Positions 36,831-49,669 are shown, counted from the first letter of the stretch. The stretch: 64,000 nt of DNA from Lama glama (GCA_028534125.1 CM052837.1:35960001-36024000), one strand, 5' to 3'. The notes: generated from the letters alone by a model not told the origin. A program made the numbers and translations.

Positions 36831-39800
36831 TCCTGGGCGCTCAGAATCAATGGGTGCGTGAAAGGAAGAGGCCTCGCAGGAAGCGCAGTAGTGTCTCTGC
36901 GGCGGGAAGCACGCCCCCGAGCAGTGCATCTGGAAGGTTAAAAACGCAAACCCACAATTAACCCCGTGAAGCCTTGGGACTCTAGGGTCTTGGGAGATTC
37001 ATTTATTTTTAAAGCCAGACAGGAAGGTCGTTGCAGAGCCATAAAGTGCAGGAAGAAATTAAAAAGCCACGAGGAAAGCTCAGCGGAGAGGCTCATGGAG
37101 ACGGATGCCTGTGTCTTTGCGCAGCTGCGTCTTACCCACCTGTGTCTTTGCGCAGGTGGGTCTTAACCATGTCCTCCATGGCAGCCGAGCCAAGTCTCTC
37201 TTCTCCTCGGACACACCGTGGGCCTGGGGTCTGGGCTCGGGGGGACAGGCTGGGCCCTGGGGCGGCACGTTTGGGAAGCGGCCTGTTGTTCTGACGGTTC
37301 TGGGAGCCACGTGGGTGGGAGGAGGCGGCTCCGCCCGGGCTGGTTACACCTTCCTGGTGTGGCCCTGGGCGGCCCCAGGAGGACGGAGGAGAGGCGTGTG
37401 TCTTGACATAATTAACACTTCTGATCACTGTCTTCCCTCCTCTGAGTCGTCTCAGAAGCAAACTAGCCAGAGGCCAAGCTGTGAATAGCAAATCTTGTCT
37501 TCATTTCTCTCCCATCTCGGCCCTTTTAATTTCCTTTCCCTCCCTCAAGCTTCCCTCCTTCCCGGCCCCTGCGCCCACACAGCGTCCCCACCAGGCTGGG
37601 CCTGACCCCCAGCCCTGCCTGCCTGGACCAGGGCCTTCATCTCACAGCATCCCGACCCCCGACCTGACTGTAATCAGGGTGCACCTGCCCCTGAGCACCC
37701 CCACCTGGCTGTCACCCCGAGAAGGGCCTGGGGAGGGACTCCCGGGGGGCCACGTGGCACGTGGAGAGCAGAGGCCCAGCCACGCAGAACGGCTGTGCTG
37801 ATGGTCTGCGGGGCGCCAGGCCAGGGGGCGAGTCTGGGCGTGAACGCGTGCTGCTGTGTGGGACGCAGCAGACCCGGGCACCCTCAGACAGTGTCCCTTT
37901 TTGGTTTTGTCAGAAGTTTCTGTACCGTGGCTTTCTGTGGTTTCACCGGCTGTAGCTGCCAACTGCCTCTTCAAATTAAGATAGAAGAGCTGGGATGCTC
38001 TCGTGTCCCGCCGGCTGGGCTGGGAGCAGTGAGCGACAGGCGCGGAAAGACATTTCCAGCTCATCAGAGAGGAGCGAGGTCTGCAGCCCAGCCCTTTGTG
38101 CACGTAGCCCTCGCCTCACGAGTCGGTCCTTGGAGACGTTCGGGAGAACATCTTGAGGCGGCCGACCGCCAGGAGCCCTCCCTGCACGTCAGGCCACCTC
38201 CCGCTCATCGTGTATCGTCCGCGCTTGCTGTGCAGTTGAAAGCCGGGGTGGTGAGAGACTCCAGCCCAGATTCTTTAAAACCCCTCTGATAACAGCTCAT
38301 GTCACTGAAAGCATCGTTCCTTCCGGTTGTCCCTTTTCCTCTGTGACAGCCTGTTTCAGCCTCCCCTGGCCCTGGCCCTGGGCAGGCCCCATCCTCCTGC
38401 CCGCAGCCAGGTGGTGCCGTCCCCCCCACCCCACCCAGGGAAGAGAGGGCAGAGCCGCCAGTGGGTCCTGGAGGAGAGAGGGCTCTCTCTCTCTCTCTCT
38501 TTCTTCCCCGAATCCATTGGCCGGGATTGGGCTCCACCCCGAACCACTGTATGGCTGAGGGATGGGACGGGCAATGCTCTTTGGCCCTTTGGGGCCCAAA
38601 CATGGCAGTGGGGAGGGGACCTGTGCTGTGCAAACTGCACACCTGAGAATGGGGGGTGAGGGGCTTCCCAAAGGAGATGCAGGAATGGTGTCTCAGATGA
38701 CAAATGTGCATTGCACGCATCCTTCCAGGACCCCTGAAACTCACGTCCACAGGACCCTGCCCGGTCCACACCCGCCAGGCGAGCTGGATGTCCCTGCTGA
38801 CTCTCCCCCGGAAGCTTGTAGAGCCCACCTTCCCCACGGGGCAGGGACAGGGGTGGGGTCGTGAGACAGCTCCCTCCCGCGTCTTCCTGAAGAGCACAGC
38901 GTGGGCGCCTGGTCGCTGGCCCGTGTGTCTCCACGCAGCGCTCGGGGACGCTCGCCCTCTCGCTGGGGCCCCCCCGCTGCGGCGTGGGGCTGAGCCGCTC
39001 ACTGGGCGTGCCGGTGCCTCTCTGAGTCAGAGTCCCTCAGAAGCTCTCGGAGCCAAATTGTACTTTTTGTATAAAATGAAATGGCTACTTAAATTGCACA
39101 CACTTTCTGAAGAGAAGGACCAGCAGGACAAACATCTGTGCCCCTGAGGGTCTCCCCGCCCTTACGGGCGCGGTGCATCTGCATCAGCCGGTGACCAGCC
39201 CGCTGGCCATCGCGCACCCAACCTGCGTGCGCTGCGACCCAGTGCAATTTGCACGCTCTTATGTGGGTGTGAGAAAGGGGAGAATCTGTGTAAAGTCAAG
39301 GCAAACTCTATTTAAAAAGGAAAGCCTTCTGAGTGTGTTTTCGTGACCGCTTCCCGAGCATCTGGCCGGGGTGGGTGCAGCTCAGGCCTGTGGGGCCTGG
39401 CTTAGAGGCACAGGGCTCACCAGCTCCTTCGCCCGCAAGCCGAGGCGCTGCGTTGCTTTTGAGCTTGACCTTCGAGAGGGGACCTGGGACCCCGTGCGTC
39501 TTCTACGGGCTGAGGCCGAGGTGTGGTCTGCAGACCACTGTCTGTGGGAGGGGCAAGGGCGCGACACGAGACCCTGCATGGCCAGTGGGCGTCGGCACCC
39601 GGTGGGTGCTTTAGAGTGGGCCGTGACCTCCCCACCCCCAGCTTTGCTCGTGTGAACAGTTAAGCCCTTGACTCACCAAGAAGTCAAGGCGACCCTGGGC
39701 CTCACTGAGACTCCCTGAGCCCTGAACTGCCGTGAACGGCATGAGACAGCCCATCTGGGACCTGAGGGCCGGGGCAGGTCGGGGTCCCCGCAGGGAATCT

Positions 39801-40049
39801 GTCCAAGGCTGGGTCTCCGGCCTCTTGTCCGCCAGTGCTCATCCTCACACCAGCAGCCAGCGAACCCACCCCAGGGTGAAGCAGGACCAGGGGCCGGCTG
39901 AACCTGGGGTGGGGGGGGTACTGTCTTCCTCCTGGAGTCACCGTGCTCTTTCCTGGCCTGGTTTGCAGAAGAGGCAGAAAGCTTGAGCGCGAGCAGGGGA
40001 GCCGGTGGACGGGCCTGGCTGCAGACACCCCTGCGTGGACGGCTGTCAC

Positions 40050-40480
40050 GGTTACTGGCTCCCTGTGCGGCGGTAACAGGAACACGAGGGGCTTCAAATA
40101 ACACAGATTTATCATCTTACGGTTCTGGAGGTCACAAGTCCGGGTGTCGGCAGGGCTGGCTCCTCCTGGAGGCTCCAGGGGAAGTCTGCATCCTGGCCTT
40201 TTCCAGCCACTAGAGGCGCCCAGATTTCTTGACTCGCGGCCTCTCCTCCATCGTCACAGCTTCTGCTACATCGCGTCTCCTTCTCTGACCCTCCTGCCCC
40301 CCTCTTGCGAGGACCCCTGTCCAACGCTGGGCCCAATGGGTAATCCAGGGTCACCTCCCATCTCAAAGCCCTTGTCTCAGTTCCACCTGCAGAGTCCCTT
40401 TGCCCTGGAAGGTGGCATCTTCACAGGCTCCAGGGACCGAATGTGGACATGCCGGGGTCCCCCCTCAACACTAACCCCGC
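40050..40480 (-). mobile_element. MLT1C/D-like MaLR solo LTR
   Basis: 'aacacagatttatcatcttacggttctggaggtcacaagtcc...ctggaggctccagggga...taatccagggtcacctccccatctcaaagccct...tcacaggctccaggga...atgtggacat'. Confidence 0.9.
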
Positions 40481-41079
40481 GGGGGGCGTCAGGAGGTGGT
40501 AGGTCAGGCCCGCCCTGTGCCCTCCCCGGGGGGCCACTTCAGAGTTCTCACGTCTCACCCCGAGGAGGGGCGGCATTTCCTCCGGTCGTCTTGTCTTCGT
40601 CTTGGGCAGTGCTCTGGTGGCCCTCCTCTGCGTTTGTCATCCAGCCTCTGTGAAAACATGCACACGCAAGCCCGCGCCTCGGAGAAGCCCCCCGGCCACC
40701 CCGCAGACAGAACCAGGCCCCCCCGGTGTGAGCCACTCTGGGAGTGCGGCCCGAAGCAGGCAGACCCCGAGAGGCAGGCAGGCCGTGGGCGGGTGTCTGT
40801 CGGGCGTTGGTCCCCGCCGGCCTGCCCCCTCCCCTCTCTCCATTTCACTGACGTCAGGCTGGCGTCGCCACCTCCCCGTCTGTTCACACTTAGGCATTTT
40901 GGTGTTTCAGTCGACACTGCATTCCTCAGGCTTTGTGTTTGCTGTTTTATTGCTCAGGGTTTATAACGCTCCTGTCCTCGCCGAATTCCTCCGCTTACAC
41001 GTGCATCAGGACAGCCCTTTGCAGGGACGGGCGCCTGTGACCACGCAGCTCTTCCAAATAACAGGGTGGCCGTTGAACT

Positions 41080-41500
41080 AAGCATCAGGTCAGAGTGTTC
41101 TCTGGTCAGGTTCTCCCGTGGCTTCACGGCTGCTGCTGGAGTAAAACCCCGCCTCTAACGGCCCGGCCTCAGCCAGCCCTGCACCTGGGCCTGGAAGGTC
41201 CTGCCCCAGGGCCTGGGTGCCGGCGGCAGTGCCCACTCCTGCAGATCTAGGCTAGGAGCCCCTTCCCGCCCAGAGCGGCCTCGCTGGCCCCTCGCAAGCC
41301 AGGATGCCCGTCCTGCCCTCGCCCCCTTCATTCTCCTCCACGCCGTTCTCCTGCCCGGGTCGCCTGGTCCTTGTGGATTGACTTAGTCTGTCTCTCCCAC
41401 TACAGTGCCTGCTCCGGGAAGGGACAGCGCCCGAACCGCCCGCTGCTCTGTCTCCCGTGACAGCACGTCACCTGGCCACTGCAAGTGAGGGTTTGGGGAT
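41080..41500 (+). mobile_element. L2 LINE 3' region, GC-shifted
   Basis: 'tcccgtggcttc...ggagtaaaaccc...gcctggaaggtcctgcccc...gtctgtctctcccactacagtg...'. Confidence 0.6.
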
Positions 41501-42469
41501 GTCTTGGTAGCTTTTTCACTAAGACAATAGTGAAAGATATAATAAGTCAAAGAGATGCCTGCGGGAATGTGTATGGGGCAGGGTGCTGGGGCTGGGGAGC
41601 TGCAGGAACGAGTGGGAGAAAAGGAGCCTCAGGGGACAGAAGCAGTGACCCTGAGCCTGCAGGCACCGCAGCCCCCGGACGGTCTGCACCACGAGCAGCA
41701 CGGGGGCGCCCTGCCTGGCCTCCAGCGCTCTGGCCCACGGGACGCTTGCCTGCCATCAGGTCGCTGTGGGATTTGATGGGAGGCGCCCAGCGGGGGACGA
41801 AGCACCCCCGTAAGGAGTGATGGCATTTCCCTGGGAGGCCACCCCCAAGGATGCTGCCGACAGGCCCTCTGTCTCCTCCGCGGGCCTGCAGGCGGCCACC
41901 GCCGTGTGCAGAGCTCCACATGACCCCGGCACCAGGCTCCCTCTGCTCCTCCACCTGCACAGCACAGATAAGGGAAGTGGGGCCCAGCGCTCAGGAATCT
42001 TGGCTCCGAGTGGCCGGCGTGGAGCCCAGCCACAGGTCTGCTCCGAAACATTCCAGCAAAACAATTCTGCTGGAAAATGCCATCTGCACGGCCGGGTGCT
42101 GTGTGGAGCAGCAAAGGCTCACATCGACAGGCCGCTGCTCCTTTCCAGCTGTCTCCCCTCTGTCCTGGAGAAACTCCTGACCCAGGGTCTCCGCTGCCCA
42201 CTCGTGCCTCCTCCGTCCTCTCCTCCCGTCCTGTCAGCTCGAAGCCCACCCACAAATAGCTTCCCCTGCTCAGGCGCTTGCTTGGGTGCAGCTCTCTCAC
42301 TTGACACACAGATGTTGCAAAATGTATGTTACTTATGTGCCATCTCCCCTTAGCTTCAATCTTCATGTTCAGGGAAGTTTTATCTTTCTGATTATTTGGC
42401 CAAGTTCAACTTAATAGGATTTTATTGAAGATCTACTGTGGGATCCTCCTGGAATTCAGGGAAGCATTA

Positions 42470-42520
42470 GTGGTGGTTATCATGCTGATGGTGGTGATGG
42501 TCATGATGATGGTGATGAGT
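42470..42520. repeat. (TGG/TGA)n trinucleotide low-complexity repeat running into the gap
   Basis: 'gtggtggttatcatgctgatggtggtgatggtcatgatgatggtgatgag'. Confidence 0.85.
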
Positions 42521-42521
42521 A

Positions 42522-42656
42522 NNNNNNNNNNNNNNNNNNNNNNNNNNNNNNNNNNNNNNNNNNNNNNNNNNNNNNNNNNNNNNNNNNNNNNNNNNNNNNN
42601 NNNNNNNNNNNNNNNNNNNNNNNNNNNNNNNNNNNNNNNNNNNNNNNNNNNNNNNN
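42522..42656. other. Assembly gap (135 N)
   Basis: Run of N, probably the collapsed trinucleotide repeat. Confidence 1.
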
Positions 42657-42872
42657 TAACACTCTTCAGCACTGATGGATTCCTTGGCACAGTCCCAAGA
42701 CCTTCACACACAGTTACTCATTTGATGCTCACAATAGCCTCATGAGGTGTCTTCCTTCCACAGACAAGGAGCCTGAGGCACAGGAAGGTGGAACGACTTC
42801 CAGAGTTGCTCAAGCAGTGAGCAGCAGAGCTGGAGTGTGAACCTAGGCTGCCTGGGACCACGGGTCCTGCTG
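42657..42872 (-). mobile_element. MIR SINE
   Basis: 'actcatttgatgctcacaatagcctcatgagg...acagacaaggagcctgaggcacag...cagagctggagtgtgaacctaggc'. Confidence 0.85.
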
Positions 42873-42996
42873 TCAATCTCCATTCCACCTGCCTCTGGGG
42901 AGCTCATCAGCTTACTGGAGACAAGACACACACACACACGTGCACCCCCCACCCTCAAAGCAACTAAATAACAGTTCAGAGATAATCTGCTGTGGT

Positions 42997-43110
42997 TCAT
43001 TCATTAATTTATTCTTTGAAAAGTCATCTGAATGCCTACTGTGTGCTAATAAGCCAGGGATAAGAGTGTGGACTAAGCAGATGTGGCTCCTGGAGCTTGC
43101 TGCAGGAGGG
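42997..43110 (-). mobile_element. L2 3' terminus
   Basis: 'ttcattcatt...tgaatgcctactgtgtgct...gggataagagtgtggactaag...ctggagctt'. Confidence 0.7.
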
Positions 43111-45769
43111 AGGAGCTGCCCTCCTGCTGTCCCGAGAGAGCCTTCATGAGGAAGGAGGTGTGGAGGCGGTGCCTGCAGGGTTCAAGGTGCAGGGATGCTG
43201 CAGTGAGTGAGAAGGGTGGGCGTGGCTTCCCCACATCGGGGTCTTCATCTGGTTGCTGAAGAGAGACTGAGCATCAGAGTGGCACAGGGAGGACAACGGG
43301 GAGCACCCTGTGGAGACCTGACCCCCAGGCTCCTGGGAGAGAGGAGCGATGACCCCCGAGGAGGGCAGGGAGGACCGAGCAGCTTGAAGTGGGGCATGAA
43401 AAGCTGAGCAGGGCCAGGCAGGTGGGCACTCAGATGGGGGAAGCCTTTCCCTCCCTCCAGCTCTGCCCTTGTATGTACTTCTGCTCACTTGCTGTCCCCG
43501 GAGATCCCAGCTGAGCAGACGGAGGCTTGGACGGGGGCAGGGCATCTCCTCCGCTGGACTTTTGTATTGACTTCCAAGCTGATTTAACCAAGGAGATACT
43601 GACTCCGAGACCTGGGAAGAGGGCTGCCACCTGCCTGTTGCGGCCTTGGTCTCAGCTTTTCCAGTTAGATGTGAGTCCTGGGCGGAGAGCAAGGGAGGCA
43701 GGGCCGGGGGAAGGAGGCGATTCTGGCTCTAAACCACTTCTTCCTCCTTCCCCCAGCCTACCCCGGCGCCAGCAGGGCCGCTGGCTTTTTCCACGTGACT
43801 TTGTTTCTGGGGCACCAGCAGGCAGTTGCCCAGGCGATGGGGTGTGGGAGACCTGGCCCGGGGATGCCTGAAGGTGGACAGCCTCACAAGAGCCCCCCTA
43901 GCTCTTAGCGCCTTTTTTAAAGGAAAACTAAGCAGCAGAAAGCAGACGCTTCTGTTACTTTGTTTTAAACTCATTTCTTCGTTGCCTGAGCAGCGCAGGA
44001 GTGATGCCCCGTGGTTGGCAGGTCAAACCGTCAAGTGACGCCGGTACGTTCCAGGGCTGCTCGCCTGGAGTCCACCGCTGTTTCCTTGTGTTTACATCCC
44101 TGTGCAGTTAAAAACACACGCGAACGTGCACGGGTTTGTGCCCCATTTTAGAAGCATAAGTGACATCGTGCTGCTGTTACACAGAACTTGCTCTTCTCGG
44201 TTAGCGATCCGCCCCTGGGATCTTTCCGAGGTGTGCGGTCCCTGAAAGGCACTCACCAGGCACGTGCGTGGTGGCCATCCTGGAAGCGCCACCTGTCACA
44301 GTCACAGCGCAGCAAGCCTGAGTTGGGAAGCAGACCGAACTGGGTACTGAGCTGGGACGTGTAAGCCGGGAGGGCTCCAGATTTCTAAGTTGCTTTCTGA
44401 GATGCTTTAACCAAATTAACACAGAGCCCAAGGCCCGGGAAGAGGGCTGACTTCTTCCTGCAGCCGTCAGGTCTTCGGTCCCGTGGACAGAAGTGTGAGC
44501 CGGTCCCCAGGGCAGCGTCCAGGCAGGGAGCGAGCGCAGTGGGGGCGGAGAAGGTGGTTCTTGCTCAGGTCTCTTCGGGCCACTTGGAAGACCAGCCCTG
44601 CACCCAGAGCTGTTCCGGACCCTCTGCCCGGAGAAACCTGCAGAGCGGAGACCCTGATCCCTAAGAGGAGTGACCAGTCCCAGATACGAGCGGTGCTGTG
44701 TCATGCCTGCGCACTGGCACGTCCCCCTGAGGGGAAACCGAGCCGTGCGTTTGGAGCTGGGGAGCAGGTGGCCCTTTGGCCTTCTTACCTGGGGCCCCAG
44801 CCGGCCTCCTGCACGGACCCCCTCCCCCCCACCGCTCTCTCCTCCAGCCATTGTACCTTTTATTCAACTTTCCTCCTGAAACTCACTCACTCACCCTCGG
44901 TGGTTTTTCAGTAACGTGCCCCCCCCCTCGGTTCTGCCTTTCCTGGAAAAGCCAACAAAACCTTGCACCTCATGAATTTTAACAGCCTTTTCAGCTGCTG
45001 TATTTCATGTCTGAATTGTTTTATCCGTCTCACTTTGATTGCAGGCCCCGAGGGCTGAGACCTCGTCCTGTTTCATCTTTAGTGCAGCTCCGAGCACTCC
45101 TGGCATTCCGCTCATAAAAACACACGGGCAGATGAATGCATGCAAACATCTATAATTGTTTTATTTAGAGCCGTTTGACAACAGATCAGAGAGGCGTGTG
45201 TACCTGCACATCTGGGACTTGAACGCGACTCCGTCACACGCCTTAATCTGTTCCTCGGGTACTAGTCATTTATAAAACATGACTTATTTGCTTAGGGCGT
45301 CTCTTCATAACTTTAATGTGCGCGCACTACAGAGGAAGCTGTAATCTCCAGTTTCTGATTAACGTATGCCAAGCAGGCTTCCTAGAGTTGTCTGTGCTAC
45401 GTAGAGACTCGTAAGTAAGACTTAGATCATTTGTCTTTGGAAACGCAAGTCTTCCGTCTGCCTGAGCATTAAGCGACGTGAAGACAAAAGGGTCCCATTT
45501 GGAATTAAGACAGATGCAGGTTACTCGGGAGCGACCTCTTCTCCTTCTGGGCTTGGGAGTGTTTGTGGAGGGAGCTGGCTGAGCTGCGCTTGCGTCGGGC
45601 TCGTCGTTCAGCTTTGTTTCCAATGTGTGCGTTTTCAGGGTTTTTTTCTTGCTGGAAAATGTCTGTGGGTGACTGTAACACACCTGCGGTTTGTGTAACA
45701 TCAACAAGTAGTAACACGTGGAAGCAGGTGAGCCCACGAGAGGAGCCCAGGGCTCATCCGATTCTTCCA

Positions 45770-46115
45770 GTGTCTGTGGGACGCCTGCTCTGTGCAGGTA
45801 AAGTGCTAGATGCTGCGAATTCAGGCGTGAAATAGAAGGACAAGGTTTCCAGCCTCAGGGACCCCCGGATTCTGGGGGGAGACAATTAGAAAGCAGGTGG
45901 ACCATCACCCTAAACAGAAACTGCCATCCGCGCCACCAAGGGCCCAGCCAGTGCTGAGACGGGCCGTGGGAAGGACTGGCTCTCCCTGAGGAGGGGCGGC
46001 AGGGGCGCAGCTGAGGCTCCTCTGCAGGAAGGAGAGCTGGGAAAGTGAGCCTTGGGCAGGGCAGGAGCAGGTGCAAAGGCCCTGGGGTGGGAGAGAATGG
46101 CGTCACAGATTTGGT
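45770..46115 (-). mobile_element. L2 3' region
   Basis: 'gcctgctctgtgcagg...gtgctagatgctg...' and 'gagcaggtgcaaaggccctggggtgggagagaatgg'. Confidence 0.75.
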
Positions 46116-46989
46116 CAAGGAGGGAGTGGACCCGGACGGCCCCAGTAAAAGGCCCCCAGCGCCCGTCCCCCACCCCCAGCCTGAAGCGTGTAGTAAGCTG
46201 AAGGTTCCAACCTGGCTGCAAACTGCAGGGCTATTTAGTGCAGGGGGAGCTGCAGGGTGCCGGGCACGGCAGGGGGTCGGCTGGCCTGGGAGGCACCCAT
46301 GGGAACCAGAGGAAGGGGAGGCCTTCTTCCATGTCAAGGAGACAGCTTGTGGGGAGGACTGAGGTGGGCAGGGGTCCTGTTCCAGGAGCAGAAAGAACCA
46401 GAAACTTGTGGGGAGGGTGCCCATTCCCGCAGGCCCTGGGGGTGCCAGTAGGGTTCTGGCTGTGCCCCCAGAAAGTGGGAGCTCTCTGTGGAGCAGGAGG
46501 CGGGGTGGAGAGCAGGGGACAGGGGCTGCGTGGGCGCTGAGCCTGAGCTGCCCCGTGTAATCCGGTGACCCTAGAGTCCCAGCATCCAGAGCAGGCCAGG
46601 ACCCAGGGCCAGGACGGAGCAGTGGAGGGCAACTGTCACGTCGTCCTGTGGGCAGCACGGTGGCCCCGGCCGTGTCAGAGCAGGAAAGTGGCACCATCGG
46701 GGAACGTCCAGAAGGACGGTTCTGGCAGCTGTGACACTAAGCTCCCAAGATGAGCGGTTAAACCTGACCTCCTCGCACTGCTTCTCATGCATCCAGACAG
46801 CGCAGAGCCGCCGGGCAGCAGCCGGCCCCGCGAGGAAGCTGGCGTCACGTGGCGCCTTCCGACTGAGCGCCACCTGCCTCCCCGGCCGGCTGCGCACGGG
46901 GAGTGGGGACGCCTCCCCTTCCAGGGTGACGGCTCCAGGACGGCCTTGACTCCGCTGGGCCCGCCTCGCTCCTCAGCGTCCTTTCCAGT

Positions 46990-47228
46990 GACGAGTTACG
47001 GGGCTGTTCGCACTGTTTTTTATCTTTTATGACTCGGCTTAGGTAGGTCGGCTGTTTCTAGGAGTATATCCGCTCCCCCAGGTTGCCCACTCTGTCAGCA
47101 TGTCACTGCTCGCAGTGCTCCCTCATCACCCTTCTTGTTTCCCTGGCGTCAGTGGTGGTGCCTCCTCTCTCATGTCTAATTTTAGTTACTTGAGTCTTTT
47201 TCTCTTAGTCTGGCTAAGGATTGGTCTC
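46990..47228 (-). mobile_element. L1M ORF2 fragment (downstream of the endonuclease domain)
   Basis: 'ggtaggtcggctgtttctaggagtatatcc...tctaattttagttacttgagtctttttctcttagtctggctaagg' matches antisense L1 ORF2. Confidence 0.8.
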
Positions 47229-47239
47229 GATGAGAAAGG

Positions 47240-47487
47240 AAATCATCAAAACACAAAAGAAGGCAGGAGGAGAGGAAAGGAGAGATAAAAAGTGGTGAGA
47301 CACAGAAGACAGTTCACAAAATGCCAACAGTGAGTCCTTCCCAACTTAAGTATAAATGGATTAAACGCCTCCAATTAAAAGACACACGTTGACTGAAGGG
47401 ATCAAGACAAAATAAAGTAACAGACTCCAACTCTGCACTGTCCCCGGGAGACTACTTTGGACTGGGCGTAAGGACACCTGCAGCCTG
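47240..47487 (+). mobile_element. Inverted L1 segment: end of inter-ORF spacer plus ORF2 endonuclease start
   Basis: 'aatcatcaaaacacaaaagaaggcagg...acaaaatgccaacagtgagtcctt...taaatggattaaacgcctccaattaaaagacac...aaggacac' is sense-strand L1 ORF2 5' sequence. Confidence 0.85.
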
Positions 47488-47488
47488 G

Positions 47489-49374
47489 CTTTTTGTAATG
47501 ACGCATTTTCATTGCCTCCCCTTTTCCGCTGGTTACGTTCTGTTGATGTTTGCTCTGTGGTCACTGCTGCGATGGCGTAAGACCCCGAAGAGTTACAACA
47601 ACCTCATTTACACTGACGAGAACTTAACTTCAGCCACATGTGACAGCTCTGCTCCTTTACACGTCTGCCCCCCCATTTATGTTACTGTGACACAAATTAA
47701 CCTCTTTTTACATTGCTTATTTAGTAACATGGATTTTTAGTTGCTTTCTGTGCTTTTTTAAAAGTAACATACGCTCCTACGTCACGGTACTGCAGTGCCA
47801 GGTGGGCTTACATTTGGGTCGCTGTGAGCGTCCTCCCTTCAACTTGAAGGGCCCCCTTTAGCATTTCCCGCAGGGCAGACCTGGTAATGAACTGCCTCGG
47901 CTCTTATCAGAGAAAGCCTTCATTTACCTTTCGCTTTTGAAGGACAGCTTTGCCATGTGCATTTTCTTGGTTGGCAGCCTCTCTTTTCCTTTTAGCGCTT
48001 TGACACAGCGTCTGTCCCCTTCCCTCGGGTCTGCAGAGGTTCTGCGGAGAACCCGCTGACAACCCTGCAGGAGCCCCTCATGGTGGCCGCTGCGCGGCTC
48101 CCGTTGCTCTCAGGACTCTGTCTCTGCGACTTTTAATGGTTTGGTTGCAATGTGTCTCCGTGTAGATCTCTTCAGATTTATTATCGTTGGAGGACTTTGA
48201 GCTTCTTGAATGCGTGTTCATTTCTCTCCTCAGACTTGGGATGTTTTCAACAACTGTTTCTTCAAATGGGCTCTCCACCCCTTTCTCTCTCCTTCTTCTG
48301 AGGCTCCCGTAAGGCGTACGTGGTTCTGCGTGGCGGTGTCCCATAAGTCCCTCGGGCTCTCTTCCCTTCATTCTGTTTTCTTTTGGTCCACTTGATCATT
48401 TTGAATATCCTGTCTTTGAGTTGACCAGTCCTTCCTTCTGCCTTGTCGAGTTTGAGGTTGAACACTTCTAGTGAGTTTTTCAGTCCACTTATTGTGTTCA
48501 TCAGCTCCACAGTTTCTGTTTGTTCCTTTTTTATCGTTTCTCTTTGTTGATGTATCATCTTGTTCCTGCATCATTTTCCTGACTTCATTTAGTTGTCCTT
48601 TTTGTTCATGGCTATGCTTATGATGGTTCTTTTGGATTCTGTATCTGGTCAACCATATATTTCTATTTCTTTAGGGTTGGTTTTTGGAGATTTAATTTGT
48701 TCTTTTCATTGGGCCATATTTCCTTGATTCTCTGTTGGGAATTGCACATTTGGAAACAATAACTTTCCTCAGTCTTTCTAATATGAGCTTATACATGGCA
48801 GACCATCAACCCACTGGCTAGAGATTCTGGAGACCTCTGGAGACGTTTTCTGGGGATGATCTTCTCTGGCCTGGTGCATATAATCTCCTATCTGATCTTT
48901 ACCTGTTTCTACTCAGGATTTCCCCCTAGTTTCTGTCCGTGGTATGTCAGCCTCTCTGGTGCTGGACTGCCATCGGACTTCTTTTATTCTCATTGGCCTC
49001 CACTCTGGCCCCCATACCTGTCAGCACTTAGGTTCAGGTGGAGCAAAAACCAGTCTCTCAGCCATCCCCCTAAAAAGTCAGAATATCGGACCATGTTCCA
49101 TTCCTCTCTGTCCCTCCCAAGGAAGAAGCCAAGAGTTGGGAGTTTTTACCAATCACACTGCTCTGTGCCGGAGGAAGGGCTATGGTGAGCAAATGTCCTG
49201 ACTTCTCCAGCCCATTGTGATACGGTTCTTTCTTCTTGGCTCATCTCAGCTGCAGGAATCTCTGGATTTGTTTCTGGATTTTTCTCAAAAGCAACTGACC
49301 TATGCATTGTTAAGTAATTGTTCCCACAGAAGGATCTGGGGCTTCCTATGCCATCATCTTGCTGATGTCACTCT
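47489..49374 (-). mobile_element. L1M 5' portion: 5' UTR, decayed ORF1 and inter-ORF spacer
   Basis: ORF-track peptides 'ETVELMNTISGLKNSLEVFNLKLDKAEGRTGQLKDR' (48262-48558) and 'REKGVESPFEETVVENIPSL' (48078-48371) are ORF1p-like but frameshifted. The 5' terminus reads 'gagtgacatcagcaagatg' on the minus strand. Confidence 0.9.
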
Positions 49375-49467
49375 CAAAGAGCACAGTTTTGAATATTTTA
49401 TGCATAAGGGACAAAATCTTCTTCTGACAGATCTCCCTACATCCACACTCGTCCCTGTGGTCAATGT

Positions 49468-49669
49468 CAGGGGCCCTTGTCCTGTCAAAGGCCAGATAGT
49501 AAATTTTTTCAGCTTTGCCGCCCATACCACTCTGTTGCAACTACTCAACTCCGCCATCATACTGTAAAAGCAGCCGTAGACAATATGTAAATGAACAGGC
49601 ATGACTGCTTTCCAATAAAACGTTATTTACAAAATCCACGGCGGATAGGCTGTAGTTTGCTGAGCCCTG
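49468..49669 (-). mobile_element. MER58A
   Basis: 'aaggccagatagtaaattttttcagctttg...tctgttgcaactactcaactc...ccaataaaacgttatttacaaaa...gtagtttgctgagccctg'. Confidence 0.92.

Noticed and set aside
45855-46697. Longest ORF (280 aa, minus strand); similarly 38205-39002 and 41629-42366
   Set aside because: Pro/Gly/Arg/Ser-rich with no recognisable domain. The first overlaps an L2 fossil, and stop-codon scarcity is expected at this GC content.
48078-48652. ORF1p-like peptides as a functional or domesticated gene
   Set aside because: Homology is split across several frames with stops, so this is a decayed L1.
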